A stretch of 64,000 bases of DNA from an uncultured Gemmatimonadales bacterium (GTDB taxonomy: Bacteria > Gemmatimonadota > Gemmatimonadetes > Longimicrobiales > RSA9): NCBI GenBank assembly GCA_963798845.1, contig CAWCUS010000001.1, forward strand, positions 704,001 to 768,000, given 5' to 3'. Every line of letters starts with the position of its first letter. Within the stretch, counting starts at the first letter, position 1. The position numbers and the translations under genes were made by a program. The notes under the pieces were generated by a model, which was given only the letters and a program-made list of their open reading frames with translations, searched no databases and had not been told where the DNA came from. Below are positions 18,605-27,802 of this stretch, in pieces.

Positions 18605-18778
18605 CACGGCTCCTTCGCTGACGCGGATCGGGCCGGGGCTTCGCCCGGATGGTGGGCGCCCGTCGGGGGACGCCGCAAGGACGGCGATTCCGCCCTGCCG
18701 CGTCGCCGGCCTTGATCGGCGCGTGCATCGGCACGACCTTCCGCCAGCGAGCCCCATCACGCCACACCTGGAGCCATC

Positions 18779-19489
18779 ATGCGGAGCCGCACACCCGTCC
18801 TCCTCATCACCGTGGGGCTGGGCCTCGCCGGCTGCCGTCCTGCCAGCGACGCCGAGGCCGCCGAGCCCGCGGTCACAAGCGCGGCCAAGGCGCCGGGCCC
18901 CGCCGCGAAGGGCGGCGCGCCGGCGCAGGCAGCGTCCACCGTGCAGGAGCCCGAAGCCCCGGGACACCGGGTCGGGCGGGCCGATGCGCCCATCGTCGTG
19001 GTGGAGTTCAGCGACTTCGGCTGCCCGTACTGCGCGCGCTTCGCACGCACGACCTTTCCGGAGCTGCGCGACGACGTGGTGAAGAGCGGCATGGTCCGTT
19101 GGCGCTACGTCCCCGTGACGTTCGGCTTCCCGGGCGGCCGGCTCATGGCCGCTGCGGCGGAGTGCGCCGCCGAGATCGGCGGAGAGCAGGCCTTCTGGCG
19201 CATGCACGACATGCTGTACCGGAACCAGCCCCTCTTCCGGGAGGACGACGGCCCCGCCCGCCTCCTGGCGAAGGTCGACTCTCTCGGCCTCGAGCGGCGT
19301 CGGATGGAAACGTGCCTCCAGTCCCCCACCGTGGCCGGCCGGCTCCAGGCCAACAACCTGGCCGCCCAGGAGTGGCTCGTTCGCGGCACCCCCACGTTCA
19401 TCATCAACGGCGTCCCCACCAGCGGCGCCATGCCGACCGCCTTCTTCCACAAGATGTTCAGCACGCTGCTCGATCCCGGCTCGCTCTGA
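18779..19489 (+). CDS. DsbA-family thiol:disulfide oxidoreductase lipoprotein
   Basis: Lipobox LAGC; VEFSDFGCPYCARF; VRGTPTFIING. Confidence 0.9.
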   Translation: MRSRTPVLLITVGLGLAGCRPASDAEAAEPAVTSAAKAPGPAAKGGAPAQAASTVQEPEAPGHRVGRADAPIVVVEFSDFGCPYCARFARTTFPELRDDVVKSGMVRWRYVPVTFGFPGGRLMAAAAECAAEIGGEQAFWRMHDMLYRNQPLFREDDGPARLLAKVDSLGLERRRMETCLQSPTVAGRLQANNLAAQEWLVRGTPTFIINGVPTSGAMPTAFFHKMFSTLLDPGSL

Positions 19490-19612
19490 TCGCGCGGAGG
19501 CTGGGAGGGCGCGGCGAACACCTTTCCCGCCCCGCGTGCCCGCCCTACCTTACCCGCGCCCCTTCCCGGCGCACCCTCTCCTGTCCCATGGACTGGCAAA
19601 AGGAGATGGCAG

Positions 19613-21397
19613 GTGCACACGCCCCCCTGGCTCGAGCACTACGACGAGGGTGTGCCCCGTTCGCTCACCCCGTACCCGGACCGCACGCTGCTGGACTACA
19701 TAAGGGAGGCCGCGGAGCGAGGGCCCGACCGGCCGGCCGTACTCTTCCGCGGCGCCGCTCTGAGCAACCGCCGGCTGGAGCGGGAGAGCGACGCCCTGGC
19801 CGCGGCGCTGGTGGCGGCCGGGCTCCGGAAGGGAGATCGGGTCGCGCTGGTGTTGCCGAACTGTCCACAGTTCCTCGTCGCCGAAATCGGCATCTGGAAA
19901 GCCGGCGGCGTCGTGGCGCCGCTCAACCCGATCTACACGGAGCATGAGCTGCGCGACGCCATGGCCCAGAGCCGCCCGCGCATGGCGGTGGTGCTGACGC
20001 GCTTCTACGGCCACGTGAAGGCGCTCCAGCCGGACAGCACGCTGGAGCGCGTCATCGCCACGAACATCAAGGAGTACCTGCCGCCACTGCTGCGCGTCCT
20101 GTACACGCTCCTGCGAGAAAGGAAGGAGGGGGACCGCATCCGGCTCCAGCCGGGCGACGCCTGGCTCGGCGACCTGATCCGCGAGCACGCCGCCGCACCG
20201 CCTCCCGCCCTGAACGTCGGCCCGGACGACCCCGCGCTCCTCCTCATGAGCGGCGGGACGACGGGAACGCCCAAAGCGGCGCTCGGGCGCCACCGCTCCC
20301 TCGTCATGAGCGGCATTCAGCTGCGCACCTGGCTCCACCCGATCCTGGGCGAGTGGGACGACCTCGTCATGCTCCCGCTCCCGCTCTTCCACGTGTACGG
20401 CAACGCGGGCGTGCAGAGCTTCGCGCTCATCGGCCACAACCCCCTGGTTCTGCCGCCGAACCCGCGTGACCTGGACGATCTCATCCACTCCGTCGACCGC
20501 CTCCGCCCCACCATCTTCGCGGGCGTCCCCGCCCTTTTCTCCGCCATGCTGGAGCACCCGAAAGTGAAGGCCCGGAAGGTGGACATGAGCTCCATCGCAG
20601 GCTGTTTCTCGGGCGCTTCGCCGCTCCTGGCCGAGACCAAGCGCCGCTTCGAGGAGCTGACGGGCGGCGTCATCGTCGAGGGGTACTCGCTCACGGAATC
20701 GATGATGGCGTGCTGCGTGAACCCGGTCCGGGGCGAGAAGAAGGTGGGCTCGGTCGGGATGCCGGTGACGGACGTGGAAGTCCGCGTCGTCGATTCCGAG
20801 GACGGGGACCGCACGCTCCCGCCCGGCGAGATCGGCGAGCTGCTCCTGAGGGCGCCGCAGCTCATGGACGGCTATTGGGAGAGCCCGGCCGAGACCGAAC
20901 TCACGCTCTGCTCCCACGGCGAAGGCGGCCCATGGCTTCACACCGGGGACCTCGCCACCCTTGACGACGACGGCTATGTGCGCATCGTCGACCGGAAGAA
21001 GGACCTGATCAAGGTCAGCGGGATGCAGGTCTGGCCGCGGGAGGTCGAGGAGGTCATTGCCACCCACTCCGCCGTCGCTGACGTGGGGTGCGCCGGCGTC
21101 CCCCACCCGCGCAAGGGCGAGGTCGTGAAGGCGTGGGTGGTGCTGCGCGCGGGCGCGTCGGCGACCGAGGACGAGATCCGCGACCACTGCCGCGACACCC
21201 TGGCCCCGTTCAAGGTTCCGAAGGCCGTGGAGTTCTGGGACGAGCTCCCGCGCAACATGATGGGCAAGGTGCTCCGCCGATCGCTGCGCCAGCGAGCGGC
21301 CCACGACGCCGGCGCCGAGCCGTCGGAGGAGTTTGCCACCGCCGCGGCCGTCGTCGCGGACAGCGTTTCACCCGATTCGGAAGACGTGACACCATGA
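19613..21397 (+). CDS. Long-chain fatty acid--CoA ligase (AMP-binding)
   Basis: SGGTTGTPK, EGYSLTE, LHTGDL, IVDRKKDLIK, PRNMMGK. Confidence 0.9.
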   Translation: MHTPPWLEHYDEGVPRSLTPYPDRTLLDYIREAAERGPDRPAVLFRGAALSNRRLERESDALAAALVAAGLRKGDRVALVLPNCPQFLVAEIGIWKAGGVVAPLNPIYTEHELRDAMAQSRPRMAVVLTRFYGHVKALQPDSTLERVIATNIKEYLPPLLRVLYTLLRERKEGDRIRLQPGDAWLGDLIREHAAAPPPALNVGPDDPALLLMSGGTTGTPKAALGRHRSLVMSGIQLRTWLHPILGEWDDLVMLPLPLFHVYGNAGVQSFALIGHNPLVLPPNPRDLDDLIHSVDRLRPTIFAGVPALFSAMLEHPKVKARKVDMSSIAGCFSGASPLLAETKRRFEELTGGVIVEGYSLTESMMACCVNPVRGEKKVGSVGMPVTDVEVRVVDSEDGDRTLPPGEIGELLLRAPQLMDGYWESPAETELTLCSHGEGGPWLHTGDLATLDDDGYVRIVDRKKDLIKVSGMQVWPREVEEVIATHSAVADVGCAGVPHPRKGEVVKAWVVLRAGASATEDEIRDHCRDTLAPFKVPKAVEFWDELPRNMMGKVLRRSLRQRAAHDAGAEPSEEFATAAAVVADSVSPDSEDVTP

Positions 21398-23013
21398 GCA
21401 TCGGACGGATCGCCGCACTGCTGACGTCGGCCGTGCTGGGCGCGACAGCGTGCGCCCCGCAGCACGAGGAACCGATCACCGCCGACGGCATCATGAGCGA
21501 TGTCCTGGTCCTCTCCGCCGACAGCATGGAGGGGCGCGCCCCCGGCTCGATCGGCGAACAGCGCGCCACGGACTATGTCGCCAGCCGCTTCCAGGCCATG
21601 GGCCTCCGGCCGGCCGGCGACGACTACATCCTCCCCGTGGAGCTGGTGGGGATGACCCGCGACGCGGAGCGCTCCACGCTCGAGCTCGCCGGCCCCGGCG
21701 GCGCGCTGCCGATCCGCGACGGCGAGAACTTCACGTTCTGGTCCACCGCCGAGCAGCCCGAGGTGGATGTCCGCGACGTCCCGGTGGTCTTCGTCGGCTA
21801 CGGCGTCGAGGCGCCGGAGCACGAATGGGACGACTTCAAGGGCGAGGACGTGCGCGGGAAGATGCTCCTCTTCCTCAACGACGACCCGCAGGTCGAGGAG
21901 GACGGCGACTCCCTCTTCGGCGGCCCCGCGCGCACGTACTACGGCCGCTGGACCTACAAGTTCGAGCAGGCGCAGAAGCACGGCGCCGTCGGTGCGATCG
22001 TGGTCCACACCACCAGGTCGGCCAGCTACGGCTTCAGCGTCATCGGCAACACCGGCGACCGCCAGGTCTGGCAGCGCAGCTACCGCGTGCCGGTGCTCGC
22101 CTGGATGGACTCCACCCTGTCCGAGCAGGTGGCCCACGCCATGGGCACCGACCTGGCCGGGCTCGTCGACCGGGCCAACCACCGCGACTTCCACCCGGTG
22201 GACACTGGCTTTCGCCTCGCCGCCCACGTCCTGACCGGTATCCAGCGGGTGCAGGCCCGCAACGTGGCCGCCGTCGTGCGCGGCACCGACCCCGACCTCG
22301 CCGACCAGTACGTCGTCTTCACGGCCCACCACGACCACCTGGGCATCGCGCCCGCCGGCGACGACTCCACCGCCGACCGCATCTACAACGGGGCCGCCGA
22401 CAACGCGCTCGGCGTCTCCGCCATGCTCGCCGCCGCGCGCGCCTTCGTCGACACGCCGGCGCGCCGCTCGGTCATGTTCGTCTCCGTGACGGCCGAGGAG
22501 GGGGGGTTGCTCGGGAGCGAGGCGTTCGTCGCCGGTCCGCCGGTCCCGCTCCGCCAGATCGTCGCCAACTTCAACGTGGATTCGCCCCAGATGTTCGGGC
22601 CAACGCAGGACGTGGCCGCCATCGGCATCGACCTGAGCTCCCTCGGTGACGCCTTCGCCAGCGTCGTGGACGGCCTGGGGCTCACCCCGGTCGGCGACCC
22701 GAACCCCGCGGCCGGGAGCTTCTATCGGTCGGACCAGGTCAGCTTCGCAAAGATGGGCGTCCCGGCGCTCTACCTGCAGGCCGGTCGCGAGTACATGGAC
22801 TCACTGGCGTTCGATCCGGAGGCGTACCACGCCGGACGCTACCACCAGGTCACCGACGAGGTCTCCGACGCGTGGAACCTGACCGGGACCGAGCGCGACA
22901 TGCGCATCCTCGTCGATGCCGCTCGCCACGTCGCCGACGCCGACCAGGCGCCGCGCTGGCACCCCGGCAGCGAGTTCGAGGCGGAGTGGGAGGCGCTCTA
23001 CGGGAGCCGCTGA
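21394..23013 (+). CDS. M28 family peptidase with PA domain, lipoprotein
   Basis: MEGRAPG, YYGRWTYKFE, AHHDHLG, YNGAADNALG, TAEEGGLLGS, RSDQ, YHQVTD; ATGA overlap. Confidence 0.9.
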   Translation: MSIGRIAALLTSAVLGATACAPQHEEPITADGIMSDVLVLSADSMEGRAPGSIGEQRATDYVASRFQAMGLRPAGDDYILPVELVGMTRDAERSTLELAGPGGALPIRDGENFTFWSTAEQPEVDVRDVPVVFVGYGVEAPEHEWDDFKGEDVRGKMLLFLNDDPQVEEDGDSLFGGPARTYYGRWTYKFEQAQKHGAVGAIVVHTTRSASYGFSVIGNTGDRQVWQRSYRVPVLAWMDSTLSEQVAHAMGTDLAGLVDRANHRDFHPVDTGFRLAAHVLTGIQRVQARNVAAVVRGTDPDLADQYVVFTAHHDHLGIAPAGDDSTADRIYNGAADNALGVSAMLAAARAFVDTPARRSVMFVSVTAEEGGLLGSEAFVAGPPVPLRQIVANFNVDSPQMFGPTQDVAAIGIDLSSLGDAFASVVDGLGLTPVGDPNPAAGSFYRSDQVSFAKMGVPALYLQAGREYMDSLAFDPEAYHAGRYHQVTDEVSDAWNLTGTERDMRILVDAARHVADADQAPRWHPGSEFEAEWEALYGSR

Positions 23014-23078
23014 CCGGGAGCCGCTGGCCGGAAGCCGTTGACCGGGAGCCGCTGACCGGGAGCCGTAGACCGGAGCCG
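23001..23078 (+). repeat. Tandem 14-nt repeat (CGGGAGCCGCTGAC consensus), about 5.5 copies
   Basis: Directly visible; first unit contains the M28 stop codon. Confidence 0.85.
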
Positions 23079-23093
23079 GTCGCCCGCTCCCCG

Positions 23094-23456
23094 TTATTCC
23101 TCCAGCAGCGTGTCGAGGGCGCGGGTGCGGGTGACCGCGTCCTCGATGTCGTCGAGCACGGCGAAAAGGCGGGCCATGGCCTCGTCGGTCTTGGCCGGGA
23201 GGTTGTCCAGCTCCCAGATCGCCTCCATCAGGGCGTGCCCGATCTCCTCGTGCATCGCCTGGAGTTTGCCGCACTCGCTGGAACGGGCGAGGGCGAGACG
23301 GCGTCCCGCAGGGGTGTCGGTGAGTCGGATCTTCAGCCCGTCCGTCGTGCAGCCCGGACAGCAGGTGCCGCACTCGGGGCACTGGAGCGTGCGGGCGTCG
23401 AGCTCGGCGTCGCAGACACGGCAGCGGGTCAGGGACGAGATCTTGGTTTTCGGCAT
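23094..23456 (-). CDS. Hypothetical protein with Cys-rich N-terminus and helical C-terminus
   Basis: CRVC..CPECGTCCPGC; GGAG upstream of ATG. Confidence 0.6.
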   Translation of the reverse strand: MPKTKISSLTRCRVCDAELDARTLQCPECGTCCPGCTTDGLKIRLTDTPAGRRLALARSSECGKLQAMHEEIGHALMEAIWELDNLPAKTDEAMARLFAVLDDIEDAVTRTRALDTLLEE

Positions 23457-23649
23457 ATGGACTTCTCCGCCATCATCGACCGTTGGCTAGGCGGGGCTCC
23501 GTCCGTCCTTTCAGCATATGCGTCCGGACCGCCCGGTGCCAGAGCGGCGTCGCCGCTCAGCCGACCCGTCCGGCGAGCCCTGGTGTCGAGCGAACGCTCA
23601 CCGCACCTTCCAACCCAATGCGTACACCGATTTTCCGGCAGCCGGGCTC

Positions 23650-24537
23650 GTGAGCGCTGCGCCAGATCGCCGAACCGGCGTCCAGGTGGCCCTGCTCGGG
23701 CTCGGCGTCAACGCCGTCCTGGTACTGGTCAAGGTGACCGCCGGCGTCCTGGGGAACTCCTACGCCCTGATCGCCGACGGGGTGGAGTCGAGCCTCGACG
23801 TCTTCTCTTCCATCATCGTCTGGCGAGGCCTCACCGTGGCCGGCCGCGCCGCCGACGAGCGCTATCATTTCGGGTACGCCAAGGCCGAGTCGGTCGCCGG
23901 CGCCACCGTCGCCGCCATGCTCGTGGTCGCCGCGATCGGCATCTCGATCGAGGCTGTGCGCGAGATCCTCACCCCTCACCACTCCCCGGCCCCGTTCACG
24001 CTGGCCGTCCTCGCCGTCGTCGTCCTCGGCAAGGGACTCCTCGCCCGCACCGTCTTCCGCGTCAGCGACGGGATCGGCAGCGTCGCCCTGCAGGCCGACG
24101 CATGGCATCACCGCTCCGATGCCCTCACCTCCGCCGCTGCAGCGGTCGGCATCGCCGTCGCCATCGTGGGCGGCGAAGGCTTCGCCCCCGCGGACGACGT
24201 CGCCGCCCTCGTCGCATCCGGCATCATCGTATACAACGGAATCCGCCTCCTTCGTCCCGCGCTCGGAGACCTCATGGACCGCGCGCCCGATCCGGACGTC
24301 ATCGACCGGGTCCGCGCCAGCGCCGCCACCGTTTCCGGCGCGCTCGCCGTCGAGAAGGTGTTGGCGCGGCGGGCCGGTCTCGGCTACTTCGTCGCCCTCC
24401 ACGTCGAAGCCGATCCTGCCATGTCCCTCGAGGACGCCCACGAGCTCGGACATGCCGTCAAGGAAGCCGTCATCGAGGAGGTACCCCACGTCCTCGACGT
24501 CATCGTCCACATGGAGCCGCATCACTCCGCCCATTGA
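23650..24537 (+). CDS. Cation diffusion facilitator family transporter (FieF-like)
   Basis: SYALIADGVES..D, YHFGYAKAE, DAWHHRSD, HVEADP..DAH, VIVHMEP; start uncertain. Confidence 0.9.
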   Translation: MSAAPDRRTGVQVALLGLGVNAVLVLVKVTAGVLGNSYALIADGVESSLDVFSSIIVWRGLTVAGRAADERYHFGYAKAESVAGATVAAMLVVAAIGISIEAVREILTPHHSPAPFTLAVLAVVVLGKGLLARTVFRVSDGIGSVALQADAWHHRSDALTSAAAAVGIAVAIVGGEGFAPADDVAALVASGIIVYNGIRLLRPALGDLMDRAPDPDVIDRVRASAATVSGALAVEKVLARRAGLGYFVALHVEADPAMSLEDAHELGHAVKEAVIEEVPHVLDVIVHMEPHHSAH

Positions 24538-24688
24538 CCCGGCGCCCCCACCCCCCGCCCCCCTCCCCCTCCCACCCTCGCACATACCGCCCTCCCGCCC
24601 TCCGACCCTCCGACCTCCCGCCCGCCGGCCGTTCCGCCCCGCAGCCCGTGGCGGCGAAACGCACCGATGAGGCGGTGCGGGCGCGGCC

Positions 24689-24704
24689 CGGAACACCCCT
24701 TGCT
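24689..24704 (+). promoter_or_regulatory. Candidate sigma54 promoter
   Basis: CGGAACACCCCTTGCT = GG-N10-GC, 39 nt upstream of the next ATG. Confidence 0.4.
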
Positions 24705-24742
24705 ACAGATGTTTGGCGAACTCCAACGCGAGGAGGATCGCA

Positions 24743-25420
24743 ATGGCTGATATGGAGCTCGAACGGAGGCCGCGGCGGGGCCGCGGCGGAAACTGGGTCT
24801 GGTGGATCGTGGGCGCGCTGGTGATCGTCCTGCTCATCTGGTGGTGGGTCGGCGACTGGGGCGGGGACAATGACAACGGGTACGCGGCGAACGACGAGAC
24901 CGCGGACCAGGTGGCGCCCGCGCCGGTGACGTCACCGGCGCCGGTGACGACGACGTCGGCGATCCCGATTGCGGATATCGTGTCCAACCCGCAGACATAC
25001 GTGGGGCAGAGCTACAGCGGCGATGTACTGGTGACGGAGTCGCCCACGCCGCGCGGGTTCTGGGCGCAGGACGACGCGAGCGGCCAGCGCATCTTCGTGG
25101 TGGTGACGGAGGAGCCGAGCGGGCAGCCCCTGTCAGTGACGACGGACCAGCGCTACACGCTGCGGGATGCGACGGTGAGCGACGCTTCCACACTGGGCAG
25201 CATGGGCGGTGAGCCGCTGGACCAGCAGACGCAGGACATCGCGCAGCAGCAGCCGGTGGTGCTGACGGTTTCGGCGATGAACGTGCAGCCGTCCACCGGA
25301 ACGGCGGGCACCCAGAACGGCACCGGGATGAACGCCCCGCCGAACGGCGGCGGCACCCCGGGTGGCGTGAACCAGCCCGCCGACGTGGGTGGCGGAAACA
25401 ACGACGAGGGCGGCAGGTAG
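24743..25420 (+). CDS. Hypothetical single-pass membrane protein
   Basis: AGGAGG RBS; WVWWIVGALVIVLLIWWWV helix; biased codon usage. Confidence 0.75.
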   Translation: MADMELERRPRRGRGGNWVWWIVGALVIVLLIWWWVGDWGGDNDNGYAANDETADQVAPAPVTSPAPVTTTSAIPIADIVSNPQTYVGQSYSGDVLVTESPTPRGFWAQDDASGQRIFVVVTEEPSGQPLSVTTDQRYTLRDATVSDASTLGSMGGEPLDQQTQDIAQQQPVVLTVSAMNVQPSTGTAGTQNGTGMNAPPNGGGTPGGVNQPADVGGGNNDEGGR

Positions 25421-25440
25421 CCAGCCGTTCCCTCACGAGG

Positions 25441-25482
25441 GCACGACGCCCGCCGCGGTTCCGCCGTGGCGGGCGTTCGTGT
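25441..25482 (+). terminator. Stem-loop after 24743-25420
   Basis: GCACGACGCCCGCCGCGG..CCGTGGCGGGCGTTCGTGT. Confidence 0.5.
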
Positions 25483-25615
25483 GTCCGGGCGGGGGAGCGT
25501 GGTCACCGCGGGCGGCGGCCGCGGGAACGGCGGCGTCGCGCCGGGCGCTCCCATGTTTGCCCGGACCTTGCATATTGAGGCGATCGCAGCTCCCACGACA
25601 GCGTGAAAGGTGACC

Positions 25616-26500
25616 GTGCATCGATCGATCGAAGCCCTCCTGGTGGAGGCGCGTGAGCAGGAACGCTCGCTCCCGGACGTGGTGCTCCGTGCAGAGGCGG
25701 CGGAGAGCGGGCGAGGCGAGGACGAGATCCGCGGCCGGGTTCGGAAGACGCTGCGGGTGATGCGCGAGGCGATCGACGAGGGCCTGAAGGGGGACGTCCG
25801 CTCTCCGTCCGGCCTCACGGGAGGGCGCGCCGCTCGCCTGCACGCCGACGGCCCCCGCCTCCTGGGCGACCGTGTCACGACCATGCTCTCCCGCGCCATC
25901 GCGACGCTCGAGGTGAATGCGGCCATGGGGCTGATCGTGGCGGCGCCCACCGCCGGCGCGGCGGGGGTGCTCCCGGCGATCCTGACGTCGGCGGGCGAGA
26001 TCCTCGATGCGGACGAGGAGCGCCTCGTCGACGCGATGTTGGTCGCGGGCGGGGTGGGGGGCGTCATCGCCCATCGCGCCTCCCTGGCGGGCGCGGCGGG
26101 CGGCTGCCAGGCGGAAACCGGCTCGGCCGCCGCCATGGGCGCGGCTGCCGTCACGTGGCTGGCGGGGGGGAGCGACGACCAGGTGGCCACCTCCGTCGCG
26201 CTGGCGCTGCAGGGGATGCTCGGCCTCATCTGCGACCCCATCGGAGGGCTGGTCGAGATCCCGTGCATCTACCGCAACGCGACCGCAGCCATGCAGGCGC
26301 TGGCCGCGGCCGAGATGGCGCTCGCCGGCCTCGACTTCCCCGTCCCCGCCGACGAGGTCATCGACGTCATGGGCGAGGTGGGCCGGAAGATGCCCATCGC
26401 GTATCGCGAGACGGCCCAGGGCGGCCTGGCCGCCACGCCTTCCGCCCGCCGCCTGGTCCAGATCCAGCCGTCCCGACGCCCTGCGGGGATCAGCGCCTAG
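25616..26500 (+). CDS. sdaAA: L-serine dehydratase, Fe-S dependent, alpha subunit
   Basis: EVNAAMGLIVAAPTAGAAGVLP, GGCQAETGSA, LGLICDPIGGLVEIPC, YRETAQGGLAATP. Confidence 0.93.
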   Translation: MHRSIEALLVEAREQERSLPDVVLRAEAAESGRGEDEIRGRVRKTLRVMREAIDEGLKGDVRSPSGLTGGRAARLHADGPRLLGDRVTTMLSRAIATLEVNAAMGLIVAAPTAGAAGVLPAILTSAGEILDADEERLVDAMLVAGGVGGVIAHRASLAGAAGGCQAETGSAAAMGAAAVTWLAGGSDDQVATSVALALQGMLGLICDPIGGLVEIPCIYRNATAAMQALAAAEMALAGLDFPVPADEVIDVMGEVGRKMPIAYRETAQGGLAATPSARRLVQIQPSRRPAGISA

Positions 26501-26509
26501 GAGGCGATC

Positions 26510-27175
26510 ATGGTCGGACTCTTCGACATCCTCGGCCCCGTGATGGTCGGGCCGTCCTCGTCCCACACCGCCGGCGCGTGCCGCCTGGGGCTGCTCGCCC
26601 GCGCCATTTTCGGCGGCACTCCCGAGCGGGCCACCATCCGCCTCCACGGCTCCTTCGCCGCCACGGGCGAGGGGCACGGCACGCAGCGCGCCATCGTCGG
26701 CGGACTGCTCGGCGTTCCGCCCGACGACCTCCGCCTCCGCTCCGCGTTCGAGGATGCCGACGCCGCCGGCCTCGACTACCGCTTCGAGACCGTCGACCTC
26801 GGCGACGATGCCCACCCCAACACCGCCGTCCTGGAGATCGAGGGCGGGGACGAGAGGCTCCACGTCCGCGGCGCGTCCGTGGGCGGCGGCCGCGTCCGGA
26901 TCACCGAGATCGACGAGTTCCCCGTCGACCTCGGCGGCGACTACCACACCCTCGTCCTGGCAGCCGAGGACCGCCCCGGCACCATTGCTGCCATCAGCAG
27001 CCTCTTCGCGGAGGAGGGCGTCAATCTGGCCACCATGCGCGTGGACCGCACCGGACGGCACCAGGAGGCGCTGATGACCATCGAGGTCGACGCGGCCATC
27101 AGCGACGCGGTCCTCGCGCGGATCCGGGCGTTCGACTGGGTTCTCTGGGCGCGCCGAATCGAGCAGATCGCCTGA
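26510..27175 (+). CDS. sdaAB: L-serine dehydratase beta subunit
   Basis: FDILGPVMVGPSSSHTAGA, GSFAATGEGHGT, HPNT, SVGGG, C-terminal ACT (DRPG). Confidence 0.93.
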   Translation: MVGLFDILGPVMVGPSSSHTAGACRLGLLARAIFGGTPERATIRLHGSFAATGEGHGTQRAIVGGLLGVPPDDLRLRSAFEDADAAGLDYRFETVDLGDDAHPNTAVLEIEGGDERLHVRGASVGGGRVRITEIDEFPVDLGGDYHTLVLAAEDRPGTIAAISSLFAEEGVNLATMRVDRTGRHQEALMTIEVDAAISDAVLARIRAFDWVLWARRIEQIA

Positions 27176-27325
27176 CGGCAGCCGGCGCCACGATATCCTA
27201 CCATCCCGGGGCGATCCGCCCTATCGTGGAATCGCTGCACGCATCATCCCCCCGCCGCCGCAGGCGGCCGGCTCCACCAGGACCGCGCGGCGGCCAGCCC
27301 GCAACAGCCAGCCGGAGAGACATCA

Positions 27326-27802
27326 ATGGGAGGGACGGTCATCACCATCGAGTTCGATGGCAGGGAGGTATCCGTGACGCCATCCTCGACCTGCCCGGCG
27401 AAGAACGCCCCGGACGCGGCGTGCGCGGTCCACGGGTCGTTCGTGGACTGGGAGGAGAAGCCGAGGAACACGTTCCACTGGGCCGTGATCGTACTGGGGG
27501 ATGCGCCGTTCAAAAAGCAGGTCTTTTCCAACACCCGCGGCTGCGCCACGGGCGGCTACGTGGACACCGGCGAGGACGGAGAAGAGGTGGAGTACGTGGT
27601 GGTGGCGTGGAACGACTACGGCGCCCACAAGGTTCTCGACCCGGTGCTGGTGATCAAGGACCAGCCGCACCCGCCGACCACCTCCGCCTTCTACTCGATC
27701 CTGGACGGGATCCAGAGCCAGGCTCAGACGCTGTCGGAGGACCTCCAGCAGCTGGAAGCGATCGCTCGTCAGATCATTCCCGAGGAGGAGACGGCGTCGT
27801 AG
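27326..27802 (+). CDS. Hypothetical protein (beta-rich domain ending LDPVLVI plus coiled-coil tail)
   Basis: GGAGA RBS, gene-like codon usage; 3' end overlaps the convergent TPR gene. Confidence 0.65.
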   Translation: MGGTVITIEFDGREVSVTPSSTCPAKNAPDAACAVHGSFVDWEEKPRNTFHWAVIVLGDAPFKKQVFSNTRGCATGGYVDTGEDGEEVEYVVVAWNDYGAHKVLDPVLVIKDQPHPPTTSAFYSILDGIQSQAQTLSEDLQQLEAIARQIIPEEETAS

